The notes beneath the pieces are model-generated. The model was not told the DNA's origin, ran no database searches, and saw only the letters and a list, made by a program, of their open reading frames with translations. Positions 61,111-64,000 of a stretch of 64,000 nt of DNA are shown piece after piece. The translations under genes and the position numbers were made by a program. The DNA comes from the human T2T-CHM13v2.0 reference genome, Homo sapiens: assembly GCF_009914755.1 (NCBI RefSeq), contig NC_060943.1; one strand, 5' to 3'. Positions within the stretch are counted from its first letter, which is position 1, and each line of letters begins with the position of its first letter.

Positions 61111-64000
61111 TCAAGGACCACTGTGGACAACACTGGTGTGTGAAGCGGGGGAGATTCTGAGCCCCTCTTCCTTGGACACAAGTCACCTCAAACAATGTGT
61201 GAAGTGCTCTGGCCCACCACATACTTCTTCTCTGGCCTCACCATGGCCTTCAGGGGCACTGTGCACCAAGTCCCACATGGCTGCTGCTGAATTCAAAACC
61301 CTCGTCCCATCTAGCATCCTCTACCCTGCGAACCTCCTCAGCTCACATGCCCAGACAGCACCCAGCCTGAGCCCAACAATTGTGATCCTGTGATGATCAC
61401 AGACCCAGGCCAGGGAGAGTCCCCTGCTGCCCCCTGGTACCCCAGGAAAACAGCAAGGGAAGATGGCCTGGCCAGAAACTGAAAGGAGTGAGCCCCTGCT
61501 GGCATCCGGGCCCACGGTGCTGGCTCTCCCTCCCATCCCCTGCTACCCTCAACCCACTTGTGAGGCTCCGATGCAAAATGGGACCAGCTGGGATTCCCCA
61601 GGACAGGGCCGGTGTCCTGGTCCTGGTCTTTGCAGCCCCAGCGATGAGCACAGACAGGCTAAGAAGCAAGCCAGCCCCAGCACAGGAAGCTTGGCCATCT
61701 CTGCTCTCCTTTCCAACTTCTGCCAGATGTTGGGAACCCCTTAGACCTGCTTGGCCTGCCCCCCCACCTCCACCCAGTCATCCTCACGTGGCTATGGCTG
61801 TCAGGGTGCTCTGTCCCACCTAGTTGAGCCTGGGAACCACTCTGCCAGCTGCACAGAGGATGAAAAGATTCAATCCTAATATTCCCTCAGCAATTCCACA
61901 CATCCCAGCACCCACTGTGCACTAAGCACTGCGTCGGCCTCTGGAGACACGTCCCTGTCTGTCTAGAGCACCCATCACACCTTATCTGAACATATGACAC
62001 AGGGGAGGCACAGCAGGCCCTGGGAACATAGAGCTGGGGCTTCCAACCCAGTGAGGCTGTGAAGGGAGTGAATCAGGGAATGCTGCTGGGAGAGGGGCTG
62101 TCTGGACAGAAGGACAAGCAGCATTTGGCCACATGACCGGGAAGCACACGGCAGCAGAGTGAGGAGTGCTGGAGGAACCAGGTCAGGGTGGCACATGCAG
62201 TGGGCCTAGTACTGTGCTAATGCTTGGGACACGCCTTGGGGACAGACTGGAAAACAGGGCAGCCTGGGGGAAGAGGAGCTAAGTGGAGGTGGTAGGGTGG
62301 GGGGGGGGGGGGTGGCACGGTGGGGGGTCACCTCCGCCCTTCCCTGGGGTCTGAGGTCTGCACATTTATACCTGCATGTGTCAGTGTAGAAGCTCCTAGG
62401 AAGGAAACTCCAATCAAATTGAAGCAGTTCCTATGACAGCTTTTTTGAGGAAAGAGCCAAAGATCTCTGCGATGAAGGTGGGGATCCTGGTGGAAGGGGG
62501 TCTCTTCCCCTGGTGGGATACAGGCTTCCTCCTGACCCTAGAGGAACTGTTCTCCTTGCAGGGGGCAGTAGGTCTCTGAGGAGGTGGGGGGCTTGAGGAG
62601 GTGGGCCCTTCCTCTAAAGCAGAAATGACCAATCTGGGACCCAGGTGGCTTGGGGGTGTGTGTGCGAAGTCCATAAAACCCTCACCCTGAACCCTGATGA
62701 AGTCACCTCTGTAATTTGGTGGACAGCATCTTTATCTAGGGAAAGGGCCCAGATACTGCCTCTTCAAAGAGTAAGGAGGGTGAAAGGAGGAGGGCGGTTT
62801 CAACAGCCCACATGTGAGAGTTAAATAGCAGGCTTCCTGGTAGCACCTCTACAAGCAGCCTCCAGGGACCAGGACTCAAAAAGGTTTTATCTGTATTTTT
62901 TCTGCCAAGAGACTGACTGGTGGCAAAACTTTGATGACAAAATGAATTCTGTGTCTATTTCAGAGGCAGCAAGGAGGGGAGAGGGTGCTGTAGAGCCCCT
63001 TGGGACAGGGTGGGTGGTGGGGGCTTCCCAGACTTAAGGAAAGGAGTGAGGTCTCTGCAGCCTACTGCAAGCAAGGAAAGGAGAAAGCAAGGAGCTGGGC
63101 TGAACCCCAGCGGTGGCCCAGGGGAGAAAGGTGAGTTTCCCAACGCTCCAGGTGAAGAAGGGTTGTAGAATCCTGTTTTACCTCTTAGACTTATCTTAGT
63201 TTCTGCCATGATATGCACAGCAAAGGCATCCACAAATGGGGTCTCCCAGACGCGTGATGGTTTCATATACGTGGCCAGCGTTCTTCGAGCACTTCTTTAT
63301 GTGTTAGGTTTTATCTGCATCATGTCACCTAATCTCCACAACCACCTTAGGAGGTGGCTTACACCAACATCCTTTCACAGGAAAGGAAACGGATAATCAG
63401 GTCAAGCGACCTGTCGGAGGTGGGCCCGGGTCTTCGGGCCAGGTGGGCCGACTCTGAAGCCCCGGCCCATGCTCCTGAGTGCCACGCTCCACTCCGCTGC
63501 TGGCCAAGAACTACGTGTGCAAAAGGGAGGAGTTACCTGGACTCCAGTTTGCTTCCTCTCACCTTTTCTGTACAGGTAGGCCTCAGAGCTACAACACATA
63601 CACTCTTCCCTTTAGAGAAATGACAGCAGGAATAAAGTAGCTGTCAGTTGCTGTTCTGGATAAGCACCTATGGAGGAGCACGAACCAAACTAGGGGGCTA
63701 GTCATGAGTTCCGGGGTCAGTGAAAGGCTTCCCACAGGTCACATGACCACCTGCCTCAGCCAACACAGTGTGTGATTATCCCAATGGCTGATCCCCGACA
63801 AGACTGCAATCCTTTAAGGTTGTCAAGACAAGGATCAAAGACACATTCCAAGGCACACACTCAATGGTGACACAAGCTGCTTTCTGTCTTCATCTGTCAA
63901 ATGTTCGGCCCTGGAATGCTTTGCGTAATATATTCAGAATCTAAGCTGACAACACACACACTCTCGCCTCCGCCTCTCTCCTCTTCCGTATAAACTTTCT

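Overview
Human genomic DNA, recognisable from its protein sequences as the chr19p13.3 NDUFA11-VMAC-CAPS-RANBP3 cluster. It is GC-rich and very Alu-dense. NDUFA11 exon 1 (-) and VMAC (+, 2 coding exons, 169 aa) sit head-to-head on a CpG island. CAPS/calcyphosine (+, 189 aa, with an in-frame upstream ATG giving 275 aa) follows, tail-to-tail with RANBP3 (-). RANBP3 exons 2-17 are in the window and exon 1 lies beyond the right edge; the exon lengths sum exactly to the 567-aa protein. All exon boundaries were read by hand from GT-AG sites and checked for frame. Most entries in the six-frame ORF track are Alu or GC-content artefacts. There is no prokaryote-type system (CRISPR, phage etc.), and I found no wholly new gene system. 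Best leads: (1) an intact in-frame 72-nt RANBP3 cassette exon in intron 5, absent from the canonical protein, next to the NLS/phosphosite; (2) an old ~300-bp duplication placing a copy of RANBP3 3'UTR sequence at the CAPS 3' end, where it carries the CAPS poly(A) signals; (3) phase-compatible VMAC-CAPS read-through giving an in-frame fusion; (4) a perfect 20-bp double-ARE palindrome; (5) an apparently dead ancestral splice acceptor at RANBP3 exon 13.
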